A stretch of DNA of 64,000 nt from Bugula neritina (taxonomy: Eukaryota > Animalia > Bryozoa), in assembly GCA_964035545.1 (NCBI GenBank), contig OZ037773.1:1579751-1643750 (forward strand), in the 5' to 3' direction. Numbering within the stretch: the first letter of the stretch is position 1; each line of letters starts with the position of its first letter. The notes under the pieces are model-generated. The model did not search any database. It had not been told where the DNA came from and saw only the letters and a list, made by a program, of their open reading frames with translations. Of this stretch, positions 38,564 through 56,616 are shown in pieces. The position numbers and the translations under genes are program-made.

Positions 38564-39147
38564 ATGAGTGAATGTGAGAAGTTAGCACAAGGAGAATATA
38601 AGAAAAGACACGGCCATGTGGCATCGATAATTTACTGGGAGTTGTGTGAGCTTCATGGATTTCAGAGAAGCAAAAATTGGTACGACCACCGAGCAGAATC
38701 AGTACTGAAGAATGACAATGTAAAAATCTTGTGGGACTTCAACATACACACCGACAGAGTCATCGAAGCAAGGAGGCCTGATATAGTAGTAGTTGACAAG
38801 CGTAATGCTGAAACAACAATCATCGATATCGCAGTTCCTGGTGACTACAGAGTAAAAGAAAAAAAATCAGAGAAGATAGGGAAATATCAGGATTTAGCAC
38901 TAGAGTTGACCCGCCTTTGGAAAACATCAACAAAAGTCATCCCCATTGTAACTGGAGCCCTTGGAGCTTCACACAAAACTGTAGACTGGATGGCACTACT
39001 TGGAGTAGCTGAAAACAAATACCCACTGATTCAGCAGACAGCCTTACTAGGATCAGCTCACATCTTGAGGAGAGTTCTATCCATCCCAGCCTAGTGAAAC
39101 TAGGCCGATGGTAGAAGGTTACACCAGCTAAAAGCTGTGATACAACC
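38564..39147 (+). mobile_element. 5'-truncated R4/Dong-clade non-LTR retrotransposon (restriction-like endonuclease end)
   Basis: ORF 38564-39094 has YKKRH, ILWD, RRPDIVVVDK, IIDIAVP, EKIGKYQDL and PIVTGALG, which form the RLE PD..D-x-K core. It is flanked by (AAT)n on both sides, the known target of Dong elements. Confidence 0.88.
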
Positions 39148-39552
39148 AATAATAATAATACTAATACTAATATTGATACACTATGACTATACAGTATTAT
39201 TAATAATAATACTAATAGTAATAGCTTAAGTTTAACTTTCTTGTGCAAGTATTAGATTTACTCATTTTGATTTACTTTTAGTACGTTATAATAATTGTAA
39301 CTACTAATTACTAATTTATTGTAATGTTAGAATGGATTTATTTTTACATTCAATAATATAACATGAAACTAATGTTACAGGCATACCTAATAAACCTAAA
39401 GTCAGTATTACTATTAACTATTAGTATTAGGTCTGGCACTTGTACTATTAACTTTAAGTTTCTGTTTGGCTGGAAGTGCAACAATTAAGCAGCTACTAAG
39501 CGTAGGGTTTGATAGTCACATTCAATATCCTATATTTGATGGTGAGTAGAAA

Positions 39553-39883
39553 ATAATTTTTCTCCCACTGGGATTCGAACCTGAGACCTCCTGCTTGCAA
39601 GCAGTCGTGCTAACATTTACACCATGGGGACTACTGGGTAAACACAACACTACATCCCACCCAGTTCACAAGAACTTCACTGGCCTCTCTGCTACTCCTT
39701 CAGTCTTTAGGCTCCCCTGGCCTCTCAACTCCTTCTGAGTACTACTACTACACTTCACTAAAGGTTGAAATAGCTTATAGAGTAATTTTGCATCCACTGT
39801 GATTCGAACTCGAGACCTCCGGCTTGCAAGCAGGCGCACTACCTATTACACCATGGGGACTACTCAGTAAACACAACACTACA
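39553..39883 (-). mobile_element. tRNA-derived SINE-like element with two tRNA-like direct repeats, copy 2
   Basis: Heads at 39561-39631 and 39791-39860. Minus strand: GTCCCCATGGTGTAA..CTGCTTGCAAGC.GGAGGTCTC..GTTCGAATC. Each head is followed on the + strand by GTAAACACAACACTACA. Confidence 0.78.
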
Positions 39884-40809
39884 GTGAGTTAATGAGTTAA
39901 AAGGTAAACTGAAACTTGTAGTTAAACTACAATGGCGATCGGTCAAGTGTAAACTATTGGTATAATAATATAAGAATATTTAAACCAATAGTTATATGTA
40001 AATATGGCTACGCTGTGGCAGTCGGTGTTTTTAATTTTAATTTAAGCGAAAAAGTAGTAACTGAAACTCATAATTTTTAAATTATCGGAATAATTTTAAA
40101 ATGATGCTCTGCTGGCTGTTTAAATAAATTCTGGCCCACTTTTAGACTTTGACTTGGTCTACAGTTATTTTAATAATTATTATTAAAGCTCTGTTATAGT
40201 TTGATTATTACACTTTCATTTCTAGGCTATAGTAGTATGCCTGAAGTATCAGCTAGTATCAATCTATTGATCTTTAATATTTTTTGATAGTAATGCGTTG
40301 AGATAGTTGCAGTAACAATTTCAGTATCACTGTCACTATGAGAGCATGTACTCGTAACATTGTGTTTGATGTTCCCAAACTTTAATTAATAATTAAACTG
40401 TTGATTATTTTATATTTAGTTTATATTTATTATATCTTACAGAAAACAATAGCAAAACACAAACTTTAATTTTAATGAAAATTACCTTTTCTGTGTCTAA
40501 GTAACATTAGGCAAGATTGTGTGACTTATCGATCTTTCTGGAATTGGCTTAGTCATATACTACAAATCACTCTAGTCTATTGCTTAATTTTGTCATTTGG
40601 TTATTTACATTTTAACAATAGATACCGTATAATAAAAAGGTGTACATTAATTGATCAAGTTAGTGAAAGTAAATAACAGGAACTGTATTTTTAGAGGCCA
40701 GGTGCTAGCTCCAGCAACTAACTAGAATACTGCTACTGACATCCAAATATGACTCAGCTTTGAACATTCTAGCAGTTGATTTAAAAAAAAACACTTTTAA
40801 ACCTTAAAA

Positions 40810-45888
<5,079 letters not shown>

Positions 45889-46034
45889 GCAACGAGTTCT
45901 GTGTAACAGATCTTGTTTTAGGAAGAAGTTATTGTTTTTTCAGTAAATTTGGTTGCGATATTTCTAATCACACATTTCCCTGTTGCTTAAATTATTCTAA
46001 TAGATTCAAATTAAATTAAGCAGTAAATGAAATG

Positions 46035-46140
46035 AGAGTCATCGGTTCGAATCCCAGTAAAGGCCATTAGTGATGTTAGGAAGAGCATCCAGTCATAATT
46101 GCTCCTGTGCTTCACCTGAACAAGTCCTTAGCCCGCTTTA
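46035..46140 (+). mobile_element. Probable SINE fragment
   Basis: B-box GGTTCGAATCC followed by a GGAAGAGCATCCAGTCATAA core-like stretch. No complete cloverleaf. Confidence 0.4.
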
Positions 46141-47146
46141 ACAAAGCAATTTCCATCTGTGGTTCTCACAGCGATAGTGATTATAAATTTCCGTGCGTTT
46201 TTTATATTACGTTTTTTATATTACGCAGTGTATGCGTAGCATGTGTATAGTGTATATACACAATGTTATAATAGCATATATATACATTGTAATTATACAC
46301 ATTTTATTGTATACAATATATACACACTGTATGTATTATATATAGACTACTGACACCACACAATGTATATATTAATGACACTGACAAGTTCTTCATTCTG
46401 CTCTAAAGCATTTTCTCTCACTGCATGTTTTCTTTTGCTTGTAGTTCAGTCAGCAAACAGATAGATGATGTCAACACTTCCCACAATCCTCTGCTACATT
46501 ACGCAATGCTCAACCTATTCTCTCAACTTACCCGGTTCAATTCTTCACCTTCAACACTAGCAGCAGCCTTTCTATGTACTCTGCTACATAGACACTCTTG
46601 ATTCTCTTGCCCTAGCTACCTTCTGACACACCTGCCAGCACCTGCCAGGCGTGCTCAACTCTACTAGCAACTTTTCAATCATAGGAACTTATATCCTAAA
46701 TTATGCAGTACCTGTGAATCTCCTCTATGATTAATGCATTCTATCATGATTAGCCTTCCACTCGTTAGTTCATTGTTCTGCAGTTAAGTTTTAAATTATT
46801 AATTTTGTTATATTTTTCTAGTTAAAAATATTATTTGTATTAGCCAAGGAATTGAAGATGATTAATAAATTTATAAAAAGAACTCATTTGTTTTGTTAAA
46901 ATTTTCAAGCATATATTTACACTGCATACTGTGCTAATTAAAATGGAGTTTCAGGCTTCAGATCACTAATTGATACTTAAGAGTGTACTGCGCAAGTGTG
47001 TGAACCTTGATTTTTACAATTACTGCAATTGCATTTGTCTTTGCGGAGTTGTCTTGTGAGCCGAACTAGGTCTCTGCAAGTACAAGTAATAGTTTTATTA
47101 TCGATGCTTGTGTATTTTAATGTTATGCGTCGTTTATGATTATGAG

Positions 47147-47186
47147 TACGTGTGCCACAAAGCATATCCGATTGGCTATATAGACT
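47147..47186 (+). promoter_or_regulatory. Candidate NUPR1 proximal promoter motifs
   Basis: TACGTG (47147-47152), a reverse CCAAT box (ATTGG) and TATATA, 180-215 bp upstream of the ATG. Motif matches only. Confidence 0.3.
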
Positions 47187-47361
47187 GAGAGTTCAAAATA
47201 ATGAACAAAAATGCATGTACGGTGCCCTATAACGAACAGGCTGAGTGGTTGCCTGGGCTACAGACTAATTCGTAATACTGGAAGCTGCACACTGACTACA
47301 ATTTCAATTCGCTCCCAACTTGCATTTTCTCTAAAAGAAAACATTGATACTTTTTGCTATT

Positions 47362-48070
47362 ATGGCTGATAAGGACGAGTATGAACATTACAATTACGAT
47401 AACGAAGTTCAAAAGCAAATGAATTCTGGTCATAGTGGAAAACAAAGATCTAAAAAGGAGGCTGAACAGCATACAAACCAGCATGATGTTGGAGGTACTT
47501 GTAGTTGTAGTACTTGTTGACGTTGTCATATTCACATTGTGTCCTGTTGGTGCTGCTAGTTTCAGCAACGGTTTGCGTCTCAGTCTTTTATCTCAAATTT
47601 CTCTTTGGATATTCATATCTAATAATACGTTCACTATAGCTTTTCCTTATTCTGTTATTCATAAAGCTTATAAGCTATAACATTAACTATAAGTAGATCG
47701 TAAAGTAGCCTAGGGCTATGGCTATAGGCTATACTCTATAGCCTATTACTATAGGCTATAACTTTAAGTTATACATGTAAATATAACTATAAGTATAAGT
47801 ACTAAGTAGCTACTTGCATAAGAATTGGCATATAACTATCAGTATCACCATCAATGAGTATGTCAGTGTCGCAGGTGAACTTCAAATCACTTCGTTCAAT
47901 TATAAATTATATTTATAGTTATACCTTTTTACCGATGCCTTACTAGTTGGTTGACCCAGGGATTGTAAAATATTGTTTTTATAGGTCATACAAGAAAAAC
48001 TGTGACTAAGCTTCAAAATAATGCACAGAATCAGAAGGAACCTCCAAAAACAGACTCCAAGTCATCATAG
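47362..48070 (+). CDS. NUPR1: Nuclear protein 1 / p8, 72 aa, two coding exons
   Basis: Exons 47362-47494 and 47985-48070 (phase 1, G|GTACTT...ATAG|GT) give MADKDEYEHYNYDNEVQKQMNSGHSGKQRSKKEAEQHTNQHDVGGHTRKTVTKLQNNAQNQKEPPKTDSKSS. This matches the p8 motif GR(T/S)K(R/K)EA..TN...GGH.RK.VTKLQN. AATAAA at 48200. Not in the ORF track. Confidence 0.93.
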
Positions 48071-49509
48071 ATCTCAAAGTGAAAGTACTTACTATTTAGT
48101 AAGTATTAATTTTATGATTGCTAGTTGATTCTATAATAATTTTAGAATAGTTGTGCGGATGATCCATGGTTAAATTTGAATAATTTTTATAATCTATTCA
48201 ATAAATGGCAAGTTTGGTTTTAAATTTCAAGTTTGTTTATTTTTGTACTCAGGAATGTTGTTTCAAAATTAATAAATATTGATTTCAAAATTTTGAAACA
48301 CAGCAAACCGTAACAGTGAGATTTTCATTATGAATAATTTTGCCAATGTTACAGAAATATAGAACATAATATTAAGTTTTAGAAGAAATTTCTTATAACA
48401 AAATGGATACCATTTTCAAGAGTCTTGTAAAAATACTTACTGTGTTCAGTAAGTTTAGTAAGTTGAGTTTGAAAATGGCCAAGCTGTGTGGTTAAACCAA
48501 AAGCTTAGGAAATATGTTTAATATTTCTGTACAAAGGTCCTTTTAGTTTCTAATTTTATAATTGAGGTTTTATCCCAAACAAGTGTTTATTTTTAAATCT
48601 GTATAGTATGACTTGTTTAATGTAAAGTAATGTTATTGATATGAACATCAGTGGCTGTAGAGAAGACAACTCTTTGATATTTTAGCCAAATATAGCCAAG
48701 ATACCCTGAAACAAACACCACCTATGGAACAGACTATGAAGTAAAGGATGAAACAGACTCACAGTCTATAACTACTTAGTCTCTAGTTAGACTTGTTCTG
48801 CTACTGAGTGATTCATCAGTAGATTACACTTTTATATTCTTAACTTACTGTAGATTGACTCTTTAATGCAGATGTTTTATGCAGACTAGCATTATTTATT
48901 GTAGTCACTGTTGGACAGTCTTGAGGTTTTATTTCAAGTGAAGCCAATAAAATGGTGCTGAATGAGAACCACATAGTTATGTTAGTATTTACTGTCAGTG
49001 GAGAGCAGACAATTCCTGTTATGTATTGAGTGAAATTTCAACTTAGGAACTTATGATTTTGGTGTTTGGAATAACTAACTTCATTTCATAGTCCACAGCT
49101 AAGAAGTGTAACTGCAATTATCTGCTTTGAAAACCCCTTCCATTCCTAGCTAGTCGCAAGGGGCGAAATTTTAAAGGTGCTATTCTGACAAATCAGAGAG
49201 TCCATGTTTATTCTGTGTTATACCTGGAACTGGAGAATCAGTTTAGGTGGGAACTGACACCTGCCATTTGTCAGGATTAGTAATTATATTCATCTCCTTG
49301 TTAGCTGCCTGTCTGTTGAGACTCCACATTATGCAACCTCGTAGACAATATTCAGTGGACATTGAACTTATCTTGTTATTAAACACAGTACTATGTTTGT
49401 GTTTGCTAAGTGATAAATAATAATCCTGTTAGTATGGCCAAGTACCAGTGGCTTGTTTACTTGAGACTTTATATCTGCATCACTATAGAGTATAGTCGCA
49501 TTTCTACTA

Positions 49510-49690
49510 GCTGTTCTAAAAATGACACAGGTAAAAATGGCAATGTAATAATGACAATGGAAAAGTAGGTAATAATGACACATCTTCATTATTGGGGTTT
49601 CGAGTTTGGGAAATTTAACAGCAGTTGTGCCATTGTTACCTACTGTTCCATTTGTGCCATTATTACCTGTGCTATTTTACCTAAAACCGG
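49510..49690. mobile_element. Palindromic MITE family B copy
   Basis: ACACAGGTAAAAATGGCA..GGAAAAGTAGGTAATAATG is mirrored by TGCCATTGTTACCTAC..TGTGCCATTATTACCTGTG. The core is the reverse complement of the 28651 copy. Confidence 0.68.
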
Positions 49691-50893
49691 AAAATTATCT
49701 AGCTTTAGTTCTGCTGCTATAGATGCAATTCTCCAGAAATATTCATAATTCATATATCACAGAAACATAGAAGCTACATTGACTAAAACACTCCATATTT
49801 CTAAGTTACGAATTCTGTATGCTAAATATATTCGAGAAAGTGCAAGAAATGATTGTAGCTTCAACTTTTTTCCCTGGTGTGCAGACTTAGCACCCATCAT
49901 TTATGTCTAAACTGACTTTTTCCAGAAAATAAAGATCCAAGTTTAGTGAGATGGTGTGCACCAGCACGTGCAACTTGGTGCACCTGCTGTGAAGTGTCTA
50001 GCAGCTGCCATGTGTTTAGTTACTGGCGTTGCTACATTTCTTGATGTATAGATACTACAGAACAGCACATTCTCACAGACAACTAAAGTTTGCATTATAA
50101 TAGAGGTGATGCTGAACATAATTCATCCAAGGGGCATGTGTTTTATGTCTCAATAACTTGACACTATCTCACTCATGCTTAACATGGTAATATACCAAAT
50201 ATAATTCCCACATAAGTTGTCATTAGGGAAAATATCTAGTTATACTGCACAATACACTTGCTTGTTATGGCATCTTGTGTATAAACAAACATGAGTCAGA
50301 TGGACAGAAATAGCAAATTAATAAATTGTTCGGCATTGAATAAAGTAGGACAGATTAGATTTGCATGAATTCCAGCTACTCAACAGGAGATAGGTGATAA
50401 TAGAATTAGATTTGCATGAACTAAGTATGTCACGTGATTTTTATTGTGTACCATATGGTTTATAATGTATTGGAATTCGCCACTATAGTTGCACTATTTC
50501 CAATAAAATAGTTGACAATTCATGAAATGATAATCAGAAGTGAACCATTGTAGTGAGAATTGGTAATTGTCTTCTCTAAACAGGCTTTGCTCCATAGTCT
50601 ATTATAGGAATATTTCTGTTACTAAGGAGTTATACAAACAGAAGACAATTTTATATATATGCAGTATGTTATCCAGTTTTATATATTGTATAGTTTATTA
50701 TGGCAGATTATATCTACAAATTAATAAATAAAATGCATAGAAAATATTTCTAGAGTTTAAAAACTTTGCACAGATCTTGAATTACTGTAACAAGTAACTA
50801 GTGTATGTTGTGACAATTTGGATAGTACTTGGCCCTTTGAATAAAAAGTAGAAAAATAGATAAGCACACGTTAAGATGAGTTGAGCCATTGAG

Positions 50894-51239
50894 TTAAAGA
50901 GTGAATAACTCTTCTTCCTGTCTCTGCTCATGACTCATCAGCTTCTTCTTTATCTTTGACCTTACCACAGGTTGCGGGGTCACAGTGAGGTCATCGAGAG
51001 ACACCGGAGACAGTTTGGGGTGACTATCCACAGCGTAATTCCCGCAGCCGTTCTCCAGAGAATTAGGTTGGTGAATAAAACGATCAAACAGAAGACCATC
51101 TGAGTCACCATTTGTTAGCAGCCTGCAATATATATATATAGTAAAACTATAAGTTTTACTATTGCGAAGGTGTGGGCCATGGTACTCTGTTCTGTGCTGA
51201 TGAGGGGACAAATCCCGAAACAGCTGCTGTCCACAGATT

Positions 51240-51316
<77 letters not shown>

Positions 51317-53740
51317 TATAATAATATATATATATTATATATATATATACTCTATAATAATATATATATATATTATATATATATATATATTATAATTATT
51401 ATATATATATATATTATATTATATATCTAACTAAATTTTACAAATCCTCTGAACAAGCTAGAAGAAGTGGACAATAACAATATTATAATAAACAGAGATA
51501 CAATGCATATCGAAATGAAATAAATAAATAAACTTACACAGAGTTAAATCTAGAGCCAAAGAAATCTTACATAGTTTAGTTGAATGTATTTTAAAGCAAC
51601 ATTTTAGAAATTGTCTGTCCTTGGTTTTTATCAAACTAAGGGAAGACAACTGATGATAATGGATTATTTGACGTAAAAACATTGAAGAAATTAGAAAAAA
51701 TTATTACCAAAAAGTGGATAAAGGAGATATGGAAAAAAATTTAGGGGAACTGAAATGAATTCCCAATAAATTAGAACAGAGTTACAGAAAAAAGCTGTTA
51801 GGTTGTGAAAACGGGGACTAATAAATATTTTAACATTAATGTGCTGGTTTTGTGAGAAGTGAATAGAAATGAGCGTACTAGGTATGTAGGAGCATCAGCT
51901 ACCTGTGTAGGAGCACAGGCTATCTTTGTCATATTTCAGAAAAGAAATGATTTAGCAGCATATCTATAGTTAATAGAATGTTAGTATAGTAAAGGTATGG
52001 TTACTCGTTACTATTTATAGTAAATAGTTAGGCATCAGTTACTAGTTACTAGTTAGTAGTATCAGTTACTAGTTACTAGCAGCAGTGAGATCATTACCTG
52101 TTACCTGACAAAAGAGAAAGAAAACTCAAATTGAACATACACCATATTTACAATGACTGTGTATAGTACTTATAGTAATTCAGCGAGTGACTCAACATGG
52201 CCAACTAGTGAACATCAGGTAGTGAATAGCAGGTGACAGCAGGTAGTGAATAGTAGGTGACAGTAGGTAGTGAATAGTAGATGATAGTAGGTAGTGAATA
52301 GCAGGTGATACCAACAACACTCTGTAGGATGAGGACAAAATGGTTAAAAAATCTTTGGTTTGACAGAGAGTGTGCTCTCAACCATCGAATTCACCATAAT
52401 AGACCGATACTATAGTCTACCAAGTGCATAAAGATACTACCCTGGCCTGTCAAATATATAGATTATAACAAAAGTAATAAATCTAAATTTAATAGCCAAT
52501 GATTTAAAGATGACAGACACTGAGGTTAATGCTTTCTCATTGGCTGTGTAGAAGGGAGGACCCAGACACGTGACATACTCGTGACAATAAGAGATGGTGA
52601 GGGATTGATGTGATTGTACGGAGCAGAGAGTGTGGAATACTGATACATAATGTAATATCTAGGGCACAGAGTGAACTACAAGACAAATAATGTGAGCTAC
52701 AACACCATAGAGTGCTAGTAGAAAGAACATTATATAATACATGAGATATGGACATACTATGGACACGCTATGGGGCCTATGGTTACATGTGTATGTCTAC
52801 CAGTATAATACAGTGTACCTGTATACAGTGTACCTGTATACAGTGTACAGATTTACAGTGCACAGGTATACAGTGCACAGGTACGGCTAGCTGTGGTAAG
52901 ATAGCTATCAACGCCACCCCATCAGAAGGTGTATAAACTCTAGAATCTAGAGAACTTATGTAGCCTGAATTGCCATTCTAATATTAAGAAACTTCTCATG
53001 TATTACCATTATCTCCATTTGAGAAATGATGGATCTAAGCCTATTTCAGAAAAATGAGACATGGTAATCTATGACGTCAGTTGCGCAAAGTTTCTGAACA
53101 TCGTAAACTCTAATGGAGTAACATATATGATAACATATGAGCAGAAGTGATTGTGGAGCTGGTAGAGGAAGGACATACAAATAAAGGTCAAGGTCAAAGA
53201 GGTAAAGGTCAAAGAGATGACTCACTCATGGCAGACGGAAGTCTGATCCTCAACCTTCTTTTTTAGGAGACTCAATGACTTGTCAAACTTGGCAAAGAAA
53301 TCTTGGCTGCCGTCAGCGTGAGTTCCGTTTGACCGAGAAGTACTGGAGGTCAAGGTTGAAATACTCCTAGAGTCTGAAGTTGGTATGCTGCCGGTAGACG
53401 AGTCAGGAAGACTGGTTTCTCCTGGAAGACGCTGACTTAAGGGGATTCTGGGATTGTTAGTAGAAAGGTCACAGCTCCTCTGCTCTGAGTAGATTGGAAT
53501 ACTTATAGTGTCTTTGAACGCCAGACTTTCATTGTTCCACAGTCTGTTGTATCGCTTTATATCCGCTACAGAAGTGTCATATCTGATAGCCAAAGAATTC
53601 AATGTGTCTCCAGGCTGTACTTTGTGTGAGGTGATGGATTTAGGTGTTTGGTAAGAGTTTAAATAATAAGGGGTGGTGGTCACTGCAGCCCCATACCCCC
53701 GCTGTCTTGTTAGTAGCAGACCTCGGTCTTCATCAGCCAT
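50894..53740 (-). CDS. LYSMD1: LysM domain-containing protein 1/2-like, ~247 aa
   Basis: Exons 53226-53740 and 50894-51122 (phase 2). LysM domain HKVQPGDTLNSLAIRYDTSVADIKRYNRLW. Also has R.YG, QDFFAKFD and a C-terminal EEELFTL typical of LYSMD1/2. No transmembrane helix, unlike LYSMD3/4. Confidence 0.85.
51243..51426. repeat. (TA)n microsatellite
   Basis: About 70 bp of perfect (AT)n followed by degenerate TA. Confidence 0.95.
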
Positions 53741-56616
53741 ATGTGTAGCTAAATAAACAAGAATAACATACAAGAATAGATATATTATATATCAGCATGC
53801 ATAAGTCTCTAGTATATAATAGTCCATAAAACTAGTTAGCTACAGTTGAAAAAAAAACCAATATTTCATGCTTTCATCAGTAATGACTTTTCTCCAGAAA
53901 GAATAAAATATTGAACTCAATATCTTAATTTAATGAAATGAAGTTTTAAATCTAATCTATAATTGTGTCTTCTATTGAACATTTTCAACCACTAACACCA
54001 TTTGTTATATCACGTAGACCTTCCATTCAGTATACTACTAGCATGGCTAATTGCACTAGAAGTACTGCTACCAGCATAAATTACTATGAAATAGAAAAAC
54101 CACAATAATGTACCATATAGCTATACCTACAAAACAAAAGGAAAGTGTGATAATATCACTAAGTATCCAGCTTCTTTAATTTACTTCACCATGTCTGGCA
54201 GACTTGTAATCACTCATTCTCACCTGCCATTACTGTCAGTGTCACAAGTCACTACTGTCTGTCACATGTCAAAACTATCCACATGTTGCTACTGTCAATG
54301 TCAAATACTACTGTGGGGTCAGTCAGAGTGAGAATATTCAGTGTGAAGTAAGTGATAGGTCCAGATTAAAGTCAACATTTTAAAAATACCATATAACTAA
54401 TATATTTTAGATCAGTAATTAAACACAGGCTTTTACTTGATGCAGTGATATATTAAATATTTATATTGGCATCCAAGCTTGAAATTTTCATCTTAGTTTC
54501 ACTATTCATTTTGATATTCCTTTTTACATAGATAGCAAATATTTTACTCTAATGCAAAATGAAACAGTTGGATAGTTATAAATGATGAATGTACTACAGA
54601 GTAGGATATAACATACAGCTATAATGTCAGTTAATGGGTCACTCTAACCTTAGCCTTAGAAGGAATCTTGAAATAAAATATTTAGAATATACAACACAGT
54701 ACAGCCAGTGCATATTGTGGACTATGCTCACTGTTACTTCAGACACACATTAAATGATTAGTAATTCACAGATATCCAACCATATCAAATATAGAAGAGC
54801 ATGGGGCAGAAATAGCTTCTTGTGAAATCTTGTAAATACATTAAATGAGCTTCTATCTTAAATAATCCAACAGAATTTTGACTTTTGACTTTTTTCTTCT
54901 TCCATTTTTGTTCATGCCTACTTATATTATAATCAGTATTTACACTGAATTTAGCAATGTGTTGTCATGTTTGTGATATGCAATCAATCAATCAATCAGT
55001 CAATTAATCAATGAGTATGACTTATTTTAACAGTAACAGTAACTGTAGATGTGAGAGTTAGCTTGAGTAGGCTTTATTCATCACAATTCATCCCATAGAA
55101 AATTGACGATTGGATTTTAAAATTGTTATCACCATAGTAGCACTAAGGAATGACAAGTTGAATGCAAACATTTATGCCTGAAAATAAGGCACTACATTAG
55201 AAATAGAAGAAATAAAAACATACTCATAAAACTAGTTGAGACTTATGAATAAAAAGGTAAGCAGAGAGCCTGTTGTTAGCAGATCGGAACCTGGAACTTT
55301 TCAATCGAAATTACAAGGTGGCCATAATGAAAGAAAAAGCAGAGGAAAGTGATGGATGTGTAATGCAAGAGATGTAACTGTAATGCAGATACTCAGCAAA
55401 TGTGAAAATTTAACACAAGGAGAATATACAAAGAGATATGATCCTATAGTTGGTCTACATGGTCTACATACAAAACTGTAGATTAGATGGCATCACTTGA
55501 AGTACATTAGAAAAATACTCATTGACTAAACAGACAGCTCAACTAGCATCAAATCAAACCTTCATCTTGATCTTCAAAAAATCCTATAATCACATTTACT
55601 ATTAGTATTGCATTTTGATTTACAATAAGTATAGTAATAATTAATGGTGTATCATAATTATTATTGAATTATTATTTAAGATATAATATAGTTATACTTA
55701 TACTATAAGTTATAGTATAAGATTAAGTATATTCATAATTAATTAATTTAATTCAATTGGTAAACTAAAAGTGAAACTGTTATTAGTAATACTAATACTA
55801 TTAGTAATACTATTAGTATTACATTTACTCTAGACATAGTATAAATATAATAGAATAATTATTACTCAGAATCTATATTGGACAGCTACCCATTTACTGT
55901 TGAACTTGATAAAACTAAAATTAAATGCTATTAGTATTTCTATGCCGGTTATTGTTACACTTAGTCTTACTGTCACTGGTTAAGCTAACACTTTCACTTT
56001 GGGTTTGACTCCCAGTGACACTTACAGTTGTGAGTTACTGTTAGTGTTACCCATGGCCATACTTATACTCATAGTGAGTATCATACTCATAGTGATAGTC
56101 AATAGTCATACTGATGCCGATGGTGCTTACAGTTACTGACTTAGACTTACAGTTACGAATACTTACTCATTGATCAGAAATCATGCGCATGAACCAACTT
56201 TTTCGATGTCTCAAATGCTTTCTTTCACACATTGACATAACAAATGCGAGGTTATTAAAACAAGTAGCGTGTGAAATTAACTTGAACGACTTTTGGTTTT
56301 CATGTTGATGTTACTCGTTAGCTCAAATTGAAATTAATCTGCTAGACAAAGTACGATAATAGTTGACTCGCTAGCGAAACGAAACCACGCCGGAAATATC
56401 ACTTGCAAAAGGAAACCCATATCACAATTACGTCTACAACGTCTACAACGTCTGCAAAGCGAGATCCTTTGGCTTTTGGCTTTGCACTTTGCAGTTGCAC
56501 TTTGTCTGCAAATTACAAAACTTTAAAGAATCAGCAGTCCGACGTTGATTACTTTCAGTTTTTATTCCTCAAATTTTTAAAATTATTAATGTATGTTAAT
56601 AAACAATAACATTAAT

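Noticed and set aside
39561-39631. Functional tRNA-Ala or tRNA-Cys genes (also 26851-26922 and 39791-39860)
   Set aside because: Poor acceptor stems, a non-7-nt anticodon loop, divergence among copies and a shared non-tRNA flank indicate a derived repeat.
47296-47680. Hydrophobic 90-aa (-) and 81-aa (+) ORFs as membrane proteins
   Set aside because: They overlap NUPR1 exon 1 in antisense or another frame, which explains the sequence.
52985-53095. Imperfect inverted repeat in the LYSMD intron
   Set aside because: No clear termini, TSD or second copy in the window, so it cannot be classified.
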